A stretch of 28,570 bases of DNA. It comes from Vitrella brassicaformis CCMP3155 (lineage: Eukaryota > Protista > Chromerida). The stretch is taken from assembly GCA_001179505.1 (NCBI GenBank), contig CDMY01000706.1, positions 1 to 28,570 of the forward strand, in the 5' to 3' direction. The position numbers and the translations under genes are program-made. The notes under the pieces are model-generated. The model was not told where the DNA came from, did no database searches, and saw only the letters and a list, made by a program, of their open reading frames with translations. Shown piece after piece: positions 1 through 10,740 of the stretch (positions within the stretch are counted from its first letter, which is position 1; each line of letters starts with the position of its first letter).

Positions 1-700
1 CCACAAAGCACACATAGAATGGAGAGCCCGCTCGCTTGGCACGTTCGATGAGTGTGGCTAACACAAAACAATGCCCGATAGTGGAGTGATCCGTACGAAA
101 TCCTGCCTGTTCAGGGCATACCTTGGCTTGCTGCAGCAGCAATGGCTGAAGCACATTACCATACAGCTTCATGAATACAGACAGTAAGTGAATACCACGA
201 TAATTATCAGGATCACTCAGTGTGCCCTTCTTGTGAATAGGATGAATGATGATACAGTCATTCGTGTACCCCCAGTAAGACGTACGGAGATATGTCGGTG
301 TGCATCGTGGGTCAGGGTTCGGGTTTCACGGTTCCGCGCTCTCCCCCCCGACTCTTTATTTCTCAGCTGCATTGATCCATCTCACGCTCTCCGCTTCTCA
401 GCTGCGATGACGGGTGTGAATGAGATCAAACAGCTGTGAAGCTTGTACTTCACTGACTGTCAGGGGCATTATTTACGTGTGTGCAATGAAGTACGTACAT
501 GACGGATTGTTCGGATGAATGAATGCGGGTCGATTCAGGGCAGAATGGCTCACCGCGACAGACGCTTCCAGACGCTCCATGTCGTCGTGGAGCAAGTGAA
601 AGACACGATTTGACATAATCAAGTCGACGTTGTCAAAATGCATTCAAACATACAGCCACTTCGCCCCTTCTCATGGCCTCTCCATCCCTCTCCGTCTCAG

Positions 701-2425
701 TCAGTCGATGCCCAGCGGCACAAAGAGGCCGGTCCCCTTGTCAATGCGGCCCAGCTGTTGCCATGAGAACTGGCAGTCCTGGTCGCCCAGATGCTCGTTG
801 AAGCCCTTGACCACCCCCACCCCACCATGGCTGACCTCGTCCAGCCGGGCCCAGTGCACCACCTCACGCACACCCTTCAGCACCCCCTGCCCCCCACTGC
901 CGCGAAAGGCAAAGCACTGCAGCGGCGGGACGGTCACCTTGACGCGCTTGTCGCCCTGCTGCTCGTATCGCGTCCCGCCCACCACCTCCCTGTTGCTGCT
1001 CGTCTGTGTGGCCGCCGACTTGACGAAGTGGCCGACGGCCGCACGCACGCGGCGCCTCAGCACCGACTCGCCAATGAGGTACTGGTCGATGGCGGCGACA
1101 GCAGCGGGGGGCTCGTGTAGGAAGGCGCCGATCTTCCAGCCGATGGCCTCAGCCTCGTGTGGGCCGAATGCCATGTTGGATGGGGAGGGGTGGGGGTGGG
1201 CACCGTCGTGGTGGGGGGCCAGGGGCAGCAGACGGGCGAGAAGCATCGAGTGGTCGCGCTGGGGGGCGAGGGCGCCGTTGATGGCCGACATGACGACGTC
1301 GGACAGCTCACCCAGCACTGTGGCATACTCGGCCAGCACCAGCTGGCGGCGACGGCGCTGCATGTCAGTGGCGGTGGGCATGCGGGCGATGCATGGGGCC
1401 GCCCCGCCCCGCAGCAGCACACGGATGGTGGTCCTGTGCTCGCGGATCCGTCTCGCGTCCCACTCTCCCTGCCGCTGCACTTGGATGATATCATAGAGCG
1501 CCTCGGCAGCGACGGCGAGGGGTGCTGTCCGATGAGGCTGGGGGCCCCAGTAGTTCGGCATTCCTCGGTTGACGTCATTAACTGTGAGCTGGCGGCACAG
1601 CCAATCAGCCACACAGGGGGAACCAGCTTTTGCCGCCCAGTGCAGTGGCGTCGAGCCGTCGGTGTCTGTTGCCGTCATGTCGGCTCCGTGGCTGGTGATG
1701 AGGGTGAGGTACTGGTCGATGAATTGCTGGGAGAACCTAGCAGACTTAACGGCTGCCGAATGAACCAGACAGCTTCCAAAGGTCCGTTCCGCTGCAAGTG
1801 TGCTGTCGTGTTGGATGAGGCGACGGTACACCGACATGAGGGCGTCCTCGTACTGACAAGTGAGGGCAGCGGCAGCCTCAGAGACGTAGGGGAGCTGCAT
1901 CACCGTGAATCCCCGCACGTTGGCCTGCCGCTCCAGGAGGGCCTCCACAGCCGTCAGATTGCCCGCACGAATCGCAATCTTGATGGGCCTCTCGGAGCCG
2001 TCGCCATCATTGATGTCCGCACCGCCGTCAATGAGTGCATTGATGATATCACGCTGCAGCTCGCGGGAGGACCACTGTGGCAGGAAGAGGGGCACTTGAG
2101 CAGGAAAAGGCCCGTATGCGTAGAGGAATAGTCCGTTTGCGGGGCTGTCGATGGCGAAAGACAGGCAGCTATATCGCGCGTACGGCGGTACTCGCGATAC
2201 GCGCAGGCCGCCGAGGGCTCTCGGGTCGGCTCCTTGCCCGATCAGCTGTGTGACTTGACTGACTTCGGTGAACGTGTGGCGGATGCAGCCCTCCAAAAGC
2301 TGCCGGCTGAGAGCACTGACGCCCTCATCAGGGACGATGTCGACGTCATCCAGCCCCTTGCAGCCGTGTGGCAGCGTAGCATGAGGAGGTGCTTGCGATG
2401 CGGCAGAGGACGACTGGGCCATCAC
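701..2425 (-). CDS. Intronless ankyrin-repeat protein (574 aa) with a lineage-specific C-terminal region
   Basis: Single long ORF with ankyrin motifs (ALIDGGADIN...PIKIAIRAGNLTAVEALLE; GADMTATDTDGSTPLHWAAKAGSPCVADWL). A paralog lies at 27545+. Confidence 0.85.
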   Translation of the reverse strand: MMAQSSSAASQAPPHATLPHGCKGLDDVDIVPDEGVSALSRQLLEGCIRHTFTEVSQVTQLIGQGADPRALGGLRVSRVPPYARYSCLSFAIDSPANGLFLYAYGPFPAQVPLFLPQWSSRELQRDIINALIDGGADINDGDGSERPIKIAIRAGNLTAVEALLERQANVRGFTVMQLPYVSEAAAALTCQYEDALMSVYRRLIQHDSTLAAERTFGSCLVHSAAVKSARFSQQFIDQYLTLITSHGADMTATDTDGSTPLHWAAKAGSPCVADWLCRQLTVNDVNRGMPNYWGPQPHRTAPLAVAAEALYDIIQVQRQGEWDARRIREHRTTIRVLLRGGAAPCIARMPTATDMQRRRRQLVLAEYATVLGELSDVVMSAINGALAPQRDHSMLLARLLPLAPHHDGAHPHPSPSNMAFGPHEAEAIGWKIGAFLHEPPAAVAAIDQYLIGESVLRRRVRAAVGHFVKSAATQTSSNREVVGGTRYEQQGDKRVKVTVPPLQCFAFRGSGGQGVLKGVREVVHWARLDEVSHGGVGVVKGFNEHLGDQDCQFSWQQLGRIDKGTGLFVPLGID

Positions 2426-2999
2426 ACCGAGTCACACCACTGCAAGCACAAACAGAGATACACAGTCAATTGCAAATCCCTTCTCCATCCAACATTGCCG
2501 GCGCACCTGGTCAGTCAGTCACTCGACGGCCGCCACCGCGAAGCCATCGACGACACCTGCGGTGAGAACACACAGAGATGCCACCCCAGTCAGTGGTGCT
2601 TTGCCTTGCCGTCACACATCGTTGATTCGTTCATTCATTCTCATACCATCAGCGGGTGGATTGGCAGGCCAACCAGACTCCGAGAACAAAGGCTGCTTCT
2701 CCGTTTGCTTCTTCACCGAGGGCTCGACAGCTGACAACACACACGGCGAGCAGTGAGGTCACGCATGTTCGGTCTTTTCGCTTGTTACCTTCCTTACTGT
2801 GTCTGCTGACCTGGAACAACCTGCGAAAGAGCCGTTTTGCTTCACTTTTATCCCCCGATCGGCATCATTTGCGAGCTTGGCGCCACGAGTTCTCCCTGTG
2901 GCTTGTGAATGTCCACGGAGGGACGTGCTGACATCAAGATCAGCAGCTTGGCTTCACATGACCCATCTGCTGCTGCTGCTGGTGCATCCATAGCAACTC
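2426..2999. promoter_or_regulatory. Putative bidirectional promoter/5'UTRs between the ankyrin and F-box genes (twin at 26928-27544)
   Basis: Divergent gene starts at 2425 (-) and 3000 (+). The segment ~2690-2850 is visibly near-identical to ~27120-27285 in reverse. Confidence 0.5.
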
Positions 3000-5900
3000 A
3001 TGGAGGTAAGCGCCAACCACGACAGAACAAAAGAGAGAGGAGCAGCTATTTCAGATCTTTCGTTGGTTTGCAGATGTCTGGCGGTGCTGACGAGAATGCC
3101 GGCAAGCGGCCTCGTGTGGACAATATTGACTCATCGCCAGCTGCTGCTGCTGCTGGAGGTGGGAAGAGGGACCCATGAAGGGAACAGACCGACTCACTCT
3201 TTGATGGCCGGCTGCCTTTGTTGTGATGCTCTCTCTCTCTCTCTCTCTCTCTCAGGTGGTGGATGTAGCACTGGTGTAGCTGTAGATGGCGGGCAGCCCT
3301 CGGACCAAGGGGTGCATCCCGTCATAGACTGGGTCAGCAGCACAACCACCTGCATGGACGACACACGCAGACACACACACTTGATGGCTCTGTGTGTGTC
3401 CGTGTGTTCGTTCATTCCATCAGGCCGACAGGGCGAATGTCCGTCGGCTGGTCCCCTTGTTGAAGAAGATCAAATCGCTCGAGGTGCAGACGGCGACCGT
3501 GCTGTTAAAGGTGCGACCACTCGTCACTCCCACACTGGCCGACAAGGTACACACACACACACACACACGCCCTTCTCCTTCTGTTTGTGAGTGGTGATGT
3601 GTGTTGGCAGGTGCCCGGCCTGTCGAGTAAGCTGATGACGGTGGAGCAGTCGGTGGCGTTGCGACACGACACGCTGCGGGGTCTCATCAAGACACTCGAC
3701 AGCGTCAAAGTCGCCAAGCCGCCACTCCCTCACCCCATCGCCAACAAACCCCTCCCACCAGACACCACAATAACCCAGGCAAGCCACACATCAGACCAGC
3801 CCAAAGATCCTCACACATGACATGTGCGCCCCTGTGTGTGTGGTCAGCTCGGTCGTCCGTGTCTGGACGGCCTGCCGCCCGACGTGGCGCACGACGTGTT
3901 GGCCTTCATGCCCACCAAAGACGCCGCGCCCCTCTCCCGCGTCAACCAGGCCATCAAGCAGCCCGTCACCGACGACACCAGGGGCGTGTACCGCCATCTG
4001 GTCATTGGTGTGGACGAGCGAGAGTGGTGGGATGAGGGCATTCGGAGCAATGCCAGGCGGAAGCGCGAGGACCGGCAGAGACCTCGATACACTGAAGCAG
4101 AAACTGGTGTGCCAGCGCATTCCACCAGCCATCGAGCGGCCGGGGAGGGAGCATGTTCTGGTTCTTGGTCAGGGTCGGCTGCGGACGGTGCACATTAGCT
4201 CTCATTGGAAGGGCCTCGACTTCCCTCTCGACTGCATCGAGGCCTCCCGCGACACAGTGAGGAGCATGAAGCTCTACGAGAAGAGACTCGAGAACGACTA
4301 CGACCTCTCGGGCTTTGAGGATTACGACTACAGCGTGCCGACTTCACCGTCCACTGTGGCCTTCTCACAGCTGGAGGACCTCTACGTCGAACAGTGGCCA
4401 TATGATTACGGGTGAGCAGCGGGTGTCTGACGGTCACAGGCAGCTGTGATGTGTGTTTATCATCCCCTCTCTCTCCCTCTCTCTCTCACACACACTGTGT
4501 GTCTGTGTGTGTGTGTGTGTGCGTGTGTGTGTGTGTGTGTTCAGGCTGAGGCGTCGCCGTGGGTAAGCATCAGTGTTCTTCATGGTCACACAGCTGCTAT
4601 GCACTGATCATCCCCTCTCTCTCTCTGTGTGTGTGTGCGTGTGTGTTTGTTTAGGTTCCGAGGGTGGCGATTCCCATCGCTCCTTCGCCTGCGAGCTCGG
4701 GGGTCTTCTTGGGGGATGAGTGACATCATGGAGCATGCCCCCAAGCTCAAGTCACTGTGTAAGCAGTCACAGTTCTCACATGCAGCTGCTGCACCCATGG
4801 ATGACTTCTCTGACCCTCCCACCTGTCTGCAGCGATCGACTGCCTGTTTTTTGACTTCGATTCCCTCGTTCTGGGATGCCCGCACCTCACCGACATCGAG
4901 TTGGTGCAGGTGTGCCCCTATGAATTCACGTCGACACTGGGCAAGCTGAAGCGTGCTCTCGACCCCATCTGGACCAAAGATAGCCTAAAGGGTGCGCCAG
5001 CCACCGAGCGAGAACAGACAGAGGAGCCATCGACAGCGGGCTGGCCGCAATGTTCTTTGTGGCTGTGTGCAGACGTTGAGAAGAGGCTCGGCCTGGAGTT
5101 CGACGGCAGGATCTCCGTCCCCTTCACCGACCATCTGCTCCGCCCCACAGGCCGTGATCAGATCGGCCTCCCTGCCTTCCTCGACTGGGCAGGTAAGTCG
5201 GTACGACAAACCGACAAATGGACAAACAGGAGGATTGCAATGCTGTGCATCTCTGTTGAATGTGTGGGTTTGTCTGCAGCGTCGGTCAACTGCATGGTCG
5301 ACTGGAGGGCGAGTGAGGTTCGTGTCGACTGCTCCAGGGACCTCGTCACTTCCCCTCCTGCACCCACTGGCTTCATGACCAAACTGATCAAAGACATCAG
5401 CAGCACAGCCAAACACGTGAGCAACGCAGCACCAAGACTAGAGGCCGCAAAGAGACGCACATTCACCCCTGCTCCTTGTCTGCCACGGGTGTACGGTTGG
5501 ATACACGCAGGTGACTCTGCAGTGTGGCGGGAAGCCTCTGCACCCGTCGTGGGCCGGCCTGCTGGTCTTCACCAAGGCCACTTCTCTCACGGTGGCGGGC
5601 CTGACGTCATCCCGGGCGTTGTCGAGTGTGCCGCAGTGGATGGCAGCCAAGAGCGACACCACCGGTGGCAATCGCCACCTGCCCAACATCACCACCCTCC
5701 ACCTCGGCTTCGACGGGGGTGTGTGTGATGACGTGCCTGCGGGGCCCGATGGCCTTCGTGCGCTGTTGGGCATATTAGATAGGCTCACGACAGTCAGTCT
5801 GACCTGCTTGTCGAACATGGGCGTGGCAGCGTTTTGCCTATCGCAGCTGCCCCCCACTGCCAAGCTAGAGAGCGTCGACGTGGTGGCATTGGATTGCAGC

Positions 5901-6242
5901 TCAGATGTGCCCGCCATCTCTGCCTGCACCCGATACCCTCACATCGCTTCCATGACTGTCGAAGTGATCGTTAGCAAAACGATAGATGAGATTGCGTCTG
6001 GCGTCGCGTTGATCGCTGCTGTGCGGCCTGCAACCGCTCGTCTGAAAGCGTCTGTCGGTCTGAGTGCTCTGCACAATCGGGAGGGGTGTGAGAGCAGAGA
6101 GGCCGAGTTGCGTTCAGTGGTGGAGCATTGCATCGACCAGGCAGAGACAGCCCACTATGGGCTGGTTGCCGATGACAGCGAGTCGGGTGCGTATGTAGAG
6201 TATGTAGAGCTGCAGCTGGTGAGGCTGCCAACGCATTCCTGA
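3000..6242 (+). pseudogene. F-box/LRR-like multi-exon gene, left copy, frameshifted
   Basis: F-box motif LDGLPPDVAHDVLAFMPTKDAAPLSRVNQ in exon 3848-4106. That exon is 259 nt between two phase-0 junctions (28 nt at 4061-4088 replaces 357 nt of the right copy), giving TAG at 4196-4198. Downstream exons remain colinear with the right copy and end ...VRLPTHS* at 6242. Confidence 0.65.
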
Positions 6243-6811
6243 CATGTCTATGATGACTAGCTAGCTGTACAGAACATCGTGTCTAGCGGGGACGGCTGGC
6301 TGTCTGGCGTGTGGTGACTGGATGCTATGCGAGTTGGCTATTTCTGCACTCTGCCTTTCCTCGACCGATCAGTGTGTGGGTGACGTGTTGATGCATTCGA
6401 TCATACGTGGCTGCAGTGACACTGTTCGTGCTTATCGCTATCAAGCCTTCTCTGGCTGTCTGAGCAATGAGCATCCATATTGAAATCCATGAGCCCCGAC
6501 ATCCATTCATTCCTCCCGGCCGTTCCTTCTCTGCCGACACACACACCTTCATTCCTCCACGTGGTGTGTGGCACACTGTGTGTATGTCCGCTGTGTGGAG
6601 GCCATCGGTCAATTCCTCTCTTACAGCGGTTGAATGCACTGTGTGAAGGCATGAATCCTCTGGCAGTCTGTCTCTGTCGCTTCGATCAGTCCCTCGGTTG
6701 CCAGCGCACCACAATACCGCAGCTGTTAATGTCACGAGACGTCTGCACACACAAACGTCAGACAGACACACATCAAAGGCAGGGAGACACGTCCATTAAT
6801 TACATGGTTGC

Positions 6812-7886
6812 TTACATCCTGGTGGGATGATCTCTCCGTCGCTTCGGATCGGCCCCCTCAGCGCACAGGGCGGCCTCTCCGACCGATTCACACCTCGCTC
6901 CATCTTCTCTGCACACATCACAACAACAACACACACACACACGCGCGTCACGTGGCTGTCGGTCACTGGATCTCTCACCTTTGAGCTTGAGTGCCGTGAC
7001 AGCTCCTGGGTGATAGTGGTGGTGCAGCCGTCCGCTGCAGAACTGCACCCGGCCGAATGTGGTCGTCTCTTCGCTGGGCCGGAGGGTGAAGAACCGACAG
7101 TCTTCCAACTCGTCACTGGACATCACACATCACACACACAGGGAGAGACACTGACTCTATTGCTGCGCTGCCCTACCCACCAGTGGTTAGCGGCTGTGGT
7201 GGCGTTGATGTTGTCGTGTTGCTCGAGCGTCTCGCTGCACGCACTCAGCATGTTCGAGTAGACGTCGTAGTTGGCAACCAACAGCGGCTTGACATAAGTC
7301 GTGGCAAACCTTCAATGAGGAGACAGCGAGAGAGAGAGAGAGAGACACGTGCAGTGTGTCTCTGTGTGTCAGAAGGTCGTACGGCGATGTTTGTGTGGTC
7401 AGGGTTTGGAGCGTGCGCATCCACGTGTCATCGAGACACACACGTGCAGTCGGCCAGCTGAATGCCGTGCACTCAGTGGCCTTGTCGCACCACTCGCGCA
7501 TCTCATCGACGCCACTGATGCCCTGACGACACACACACAGACAGACAGACAGACAGACAGACAGATGGACAGACAATCGCGTGACTGATTGATTGATGTG
7601 GTGGAGAGGCTCACTGACTGACTGACCATTTCTGCCGGCAGGAGAGTGATTGACCGGCGACAGTCGACTGTGTGGTTGGCTATCTGCAGGTACTCGGCCA
7701 CACAGACGCCTCACCTGTGCCATCATCATGATTCACAGCCAGGAGAGACAGACGAGAGCGGGGCCCTTCCCTCTCTCTGTATTGATTCACTCACCTACCA
7801 TTGTGTTTGCGGCCGACATGGAGTGCATTGCAGCGGGCCAGCCACCACACCGTCAGAGACAGCACAAAGAGGAGCTTGACCGCCAT
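6812..7886 (-). pseudogene. Secreted PAN/apple-like protein gene, left copy, frameshifted (3' end uncertain)
   Basis: Signal-peptide exon MAVKLLFVLSLTVWWLARCNA starts at 7886. Exon 2 lacks 7 nt present in the right copy (TGGCCGAGTAC vs TGGCCGACCACCGAGTAC), giving TAG at 7680-7682. Confidence 0.6.
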
Positions 7887-8566
7887 CTTAGCTCTCCGAC
7901 CAATCGCTCTCCGATCGATGAAAAATTGATGAAGTCGGGTCCCACACACACACATGTAATGCACATGTATGGAGAGCATCCGACCCATTCATCGAGTAGC
8001 TTTTCACGCACAAAGAGAAGCTGTGTATATCAAAAACTCTAGTTGAGCAGCCCAAGGCTTGTGTTCGTGCCCGATAGATACACTGACCTAGTCTCTAGCA
8101 AACACAGCTCAACTTGGCCAGCAAACAGAGAGACACATCGACCACCGAACGCTCACTCACTGAATCAGTTCAAAGCGCCATCGGCGTTTCCCATGCTGAG
8201 GCCCTTGTAGTCCGACCCTGCGGCTTCACTGCATGGATGGCGCAGAAAGACCCAAGGAGATATGCAGACACTGATTGAGTACTGCTTGATCGGTGCACCT
8301 GTCCTCAACCGATGGAGAGACACTGTCAGCACGTGCAGCTGCGCTCTCTTGCGATCCTGCCCAGATCACAAAAAGATGAATTAGTGAATGATTCATTCCT
8401 CGCGCTTGGGTGGGTGTGCTGTACCTGATCCTGCGAGCGGCGACCCGAACCATGAAGCTGGCGAGAAGACCTTGGCATACCAGGGGCGTCTGCCGTTCTG
8501 GTCGGGTGGTGGTTGGCCTCCTGGGCCTCTTGGCATGCAACACGAACTGCCAAACCAAAGCCTCAT

Positions 8567-10070
8567 CTATCTGAGTGCCCTGTGTGGTCCATGCAGTCGG
8601 CTGTCGTACCTGCAAGAGCCGCACGGCGATCGGCCTCCCTCCCAGCACTTTGATCTTCCACAAGACGACCAGTTTCCCCAACCCTGAGGAGGAGGACACA
8701 GACAATAAGATGAGCGAGACATGCGTGTTTCTTGTTTGCGAACGGTCACCGCGCTCTCATTGTTGAGTTTGGCTCTAAGGCCCTCGACCACGGACTCGAG
8801 CTCACGTCCTCTTTTACGCAAAAACTATACAACCGGTCATAGATGCACGGACACATACATGTCTTTCAATCTGCGTGTTGTTTCTGCGTACCTCGACCTC
8901 TGCTTGCGCGGCATCCAATGCTTCTCGGCACTCAATATCTTCAGCGTGTCTCAGGGCGTCGTCCAGCCGCTCACCTTAGAAGAAGGCAACAATGCGACGT
9001 CTTGAATGACAAACATAAAGGCTTGGCGTACCATTATCCGGCTCAGCCTCAGAGGTGAGCTCAGAGAGCACAGCTGCGCCAGTTTGCCCTGTCTTGGATG
9101 CCTCTATTGTGGCCTGGAGATTGGCAGTGACCGTCCTCAACTCGTCGTTCTTACTCTTTAACACAGATGCCTCCTCTCGAGCCTCATCACGCTCTCTCAG
9201 GAGCTCCTGATGGCATCACAAAGAGAAAAGAGGCAACTCTCTCCTTCGATTCCTTCTCTTGTCTCACGTTCATCTGTCGCAAAAATTCGCCCTCCCGTGG
9301 CGTCGTGCGGTCGACGTTTCTGGGGCTTCGCGGGCTGCTGGTTGAAGAGAATGGAATGGCGAAAGGCGGCACAAGGGGCTTGTTTTCTTCCTTGCGGAGC
9401 GCCTTCATCTCTTCCTTCAACTGTCGCGTCTCTCTCGTCTTCTTGTGTGCCTCCTCTTGGACAACATCAACTTGTGTCTTGAAGTGATACGCGTCGCCCT
9501 CTGCTGCCTGCACACGTCGCTCCAGTGCTGTTATCTTGCGGTTGGCCTCTACCAAGGCTGCCGACTTCTCCTTCAGCGCTGTCTCCAGCTGGTGCACCGC
9601 TTCGTCGCACTCCTGGCCTGCAAAGAAGTGCATGCAGAGAAAGCTCAAGGTCGTGTGCACACATACATGACGCGTACCGACAGCAGAGGCACTTGACGCC
9701 TGGGAACTTCTCCTCCTCTCGAGTGCTTGAGTGGCCCTCAGGCGGTCACATCTGCAGACAGAGACGGGAAGAGGGCAAGGCATCCAGTACAGTAACTCTG
9801 ACAAGTGCCAGTGCCTCTTTCTCACTCCTCCTCGAGCTGCCGCTCATTCGTTCTTGATGTCTGCAGGTGCTTGTACATGGTCTCGTACGATCCGCGAAAC
9901 ACGTCAAACTGCTCCTTCCCGACCATCTCCAGCAGCAGCAGCTGGTACTCCTTCTCAAATGCCTTCCTGCGGGAGAAACAGCCAAGCGCACAATGGCTAC
10001 CATGCGTCATCTTGCTGATTGCTCACTCGAAATGTAAGGAATCGTCGCTCGACGACCGTGAGTGCGTCAT
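8567..10070 (-). CDS. Multi-exon coiled-coil protein of unknown function (both ends uncertain)
   Basis: Phase-consistent GT-AG exons: MTHSRSSSDDSLHFE/KAFEKEYQ...ERQLEEE/CDRLRATQ.../QECDEAVHQLETALKEK.../ELLRERDEAREE.../GERLDDALRHAE.../FLRKRGRELESVVEGLRAKL. Composition is E/K/R/L-rich and heptad-like. Confidence 0.6.
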
Positions 10071-10075
10071 GGTGC
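9725..10075. repeat. Inner inverted repeat, partner of ~11305-11640
   Basis: GTGGCCCTCAGGCG...GAGGGCAAGGCATCCAGTAC...GACGACCGTGAGTGCGTCATGGTGCTC is the reverse complement of the 11305-11640 segment. ORFs 9731..10018(+) and 11112..11633(-) begin with near-identical text. Confidence 0.9.
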
Positions 10076-10740
10076 TCCGTGGCCAGCGGGGATGGTTGGA
10101 ACTCCGGGGAAAGACGGGGGCCGAGTGGGGGCCTCGCGAGCTCGGACGCGAGAAAGATCCTGAATCCTGGTGCTATTGATTCACACCGATGTCGGCACTC
10201 ACGTAAGCAACATGACACGCACGTGGACCGTTCGTCGAATAGGCAGAGGCCGCTTTGTCTCTTGTCTGTGCGTCAGAAGTCCGCGTAACGGGGGAGTGCA
10301 TCGGCTATCGAGGATGAGGAACGCCGGTCGGCCCGTTTGGCCTCTTTCCTGGGGCCTTGTGATCGATGTTACCCAATTCAAAGAGGCGAGATCGCTGGGA
10401 GAGACGGAGACAAAAATGATTTACGAGCTTGCAGCTATTTCTCGTTTTTGTCCGCGTTCGGCTTTCCAGCCTTGTTTTTAGCCACAGATCCTCCGTTCTT
10501 TTTTTTTGGCTGGTTGTTGGCTTGTGTTGTCGACCGCATCTGCCTCTACCCCTCCCAACCCGTGCGAATGTCATCCGCCACTTTTTTCCTCCGCCGCCGT
10601 GCCCCTGCCTTCTGTGGAGCGGCTGGCGACTGCCTGGCATCAGCTCCAACAGGTGAATACATATGAGTGTGCCCTCGTGTGGATGATTTGTAGGGGTAAG
10701 GGCATGGTGCATTTTGTTGCCATGAGTGTGCTTAAAATGG

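Larger units (their letters stand above)
1397..7975. repeat. Left arm of a large imperfect inverted duplication (outer end probably extends further left)
   Basis: Reverse complement aligns colinearly with 21915-28570 through coding, intronic and intergenic DNA. Examples: GATGAAAAATTGATGAAGTCGGGT near 7918-7940 matches 21950-21975 in reverse; GGCC at 1397-1400 corresponds to the last bases of the window. Similarity ends after GTATGGAG near 7974. Confidence 0.95.

Noticed and set aside
305-330. GGGTCAGGGTTCGGGTTT resembling telomeric repeats
   Set aside because: Only three degenerate units and no array; compatible with chance.
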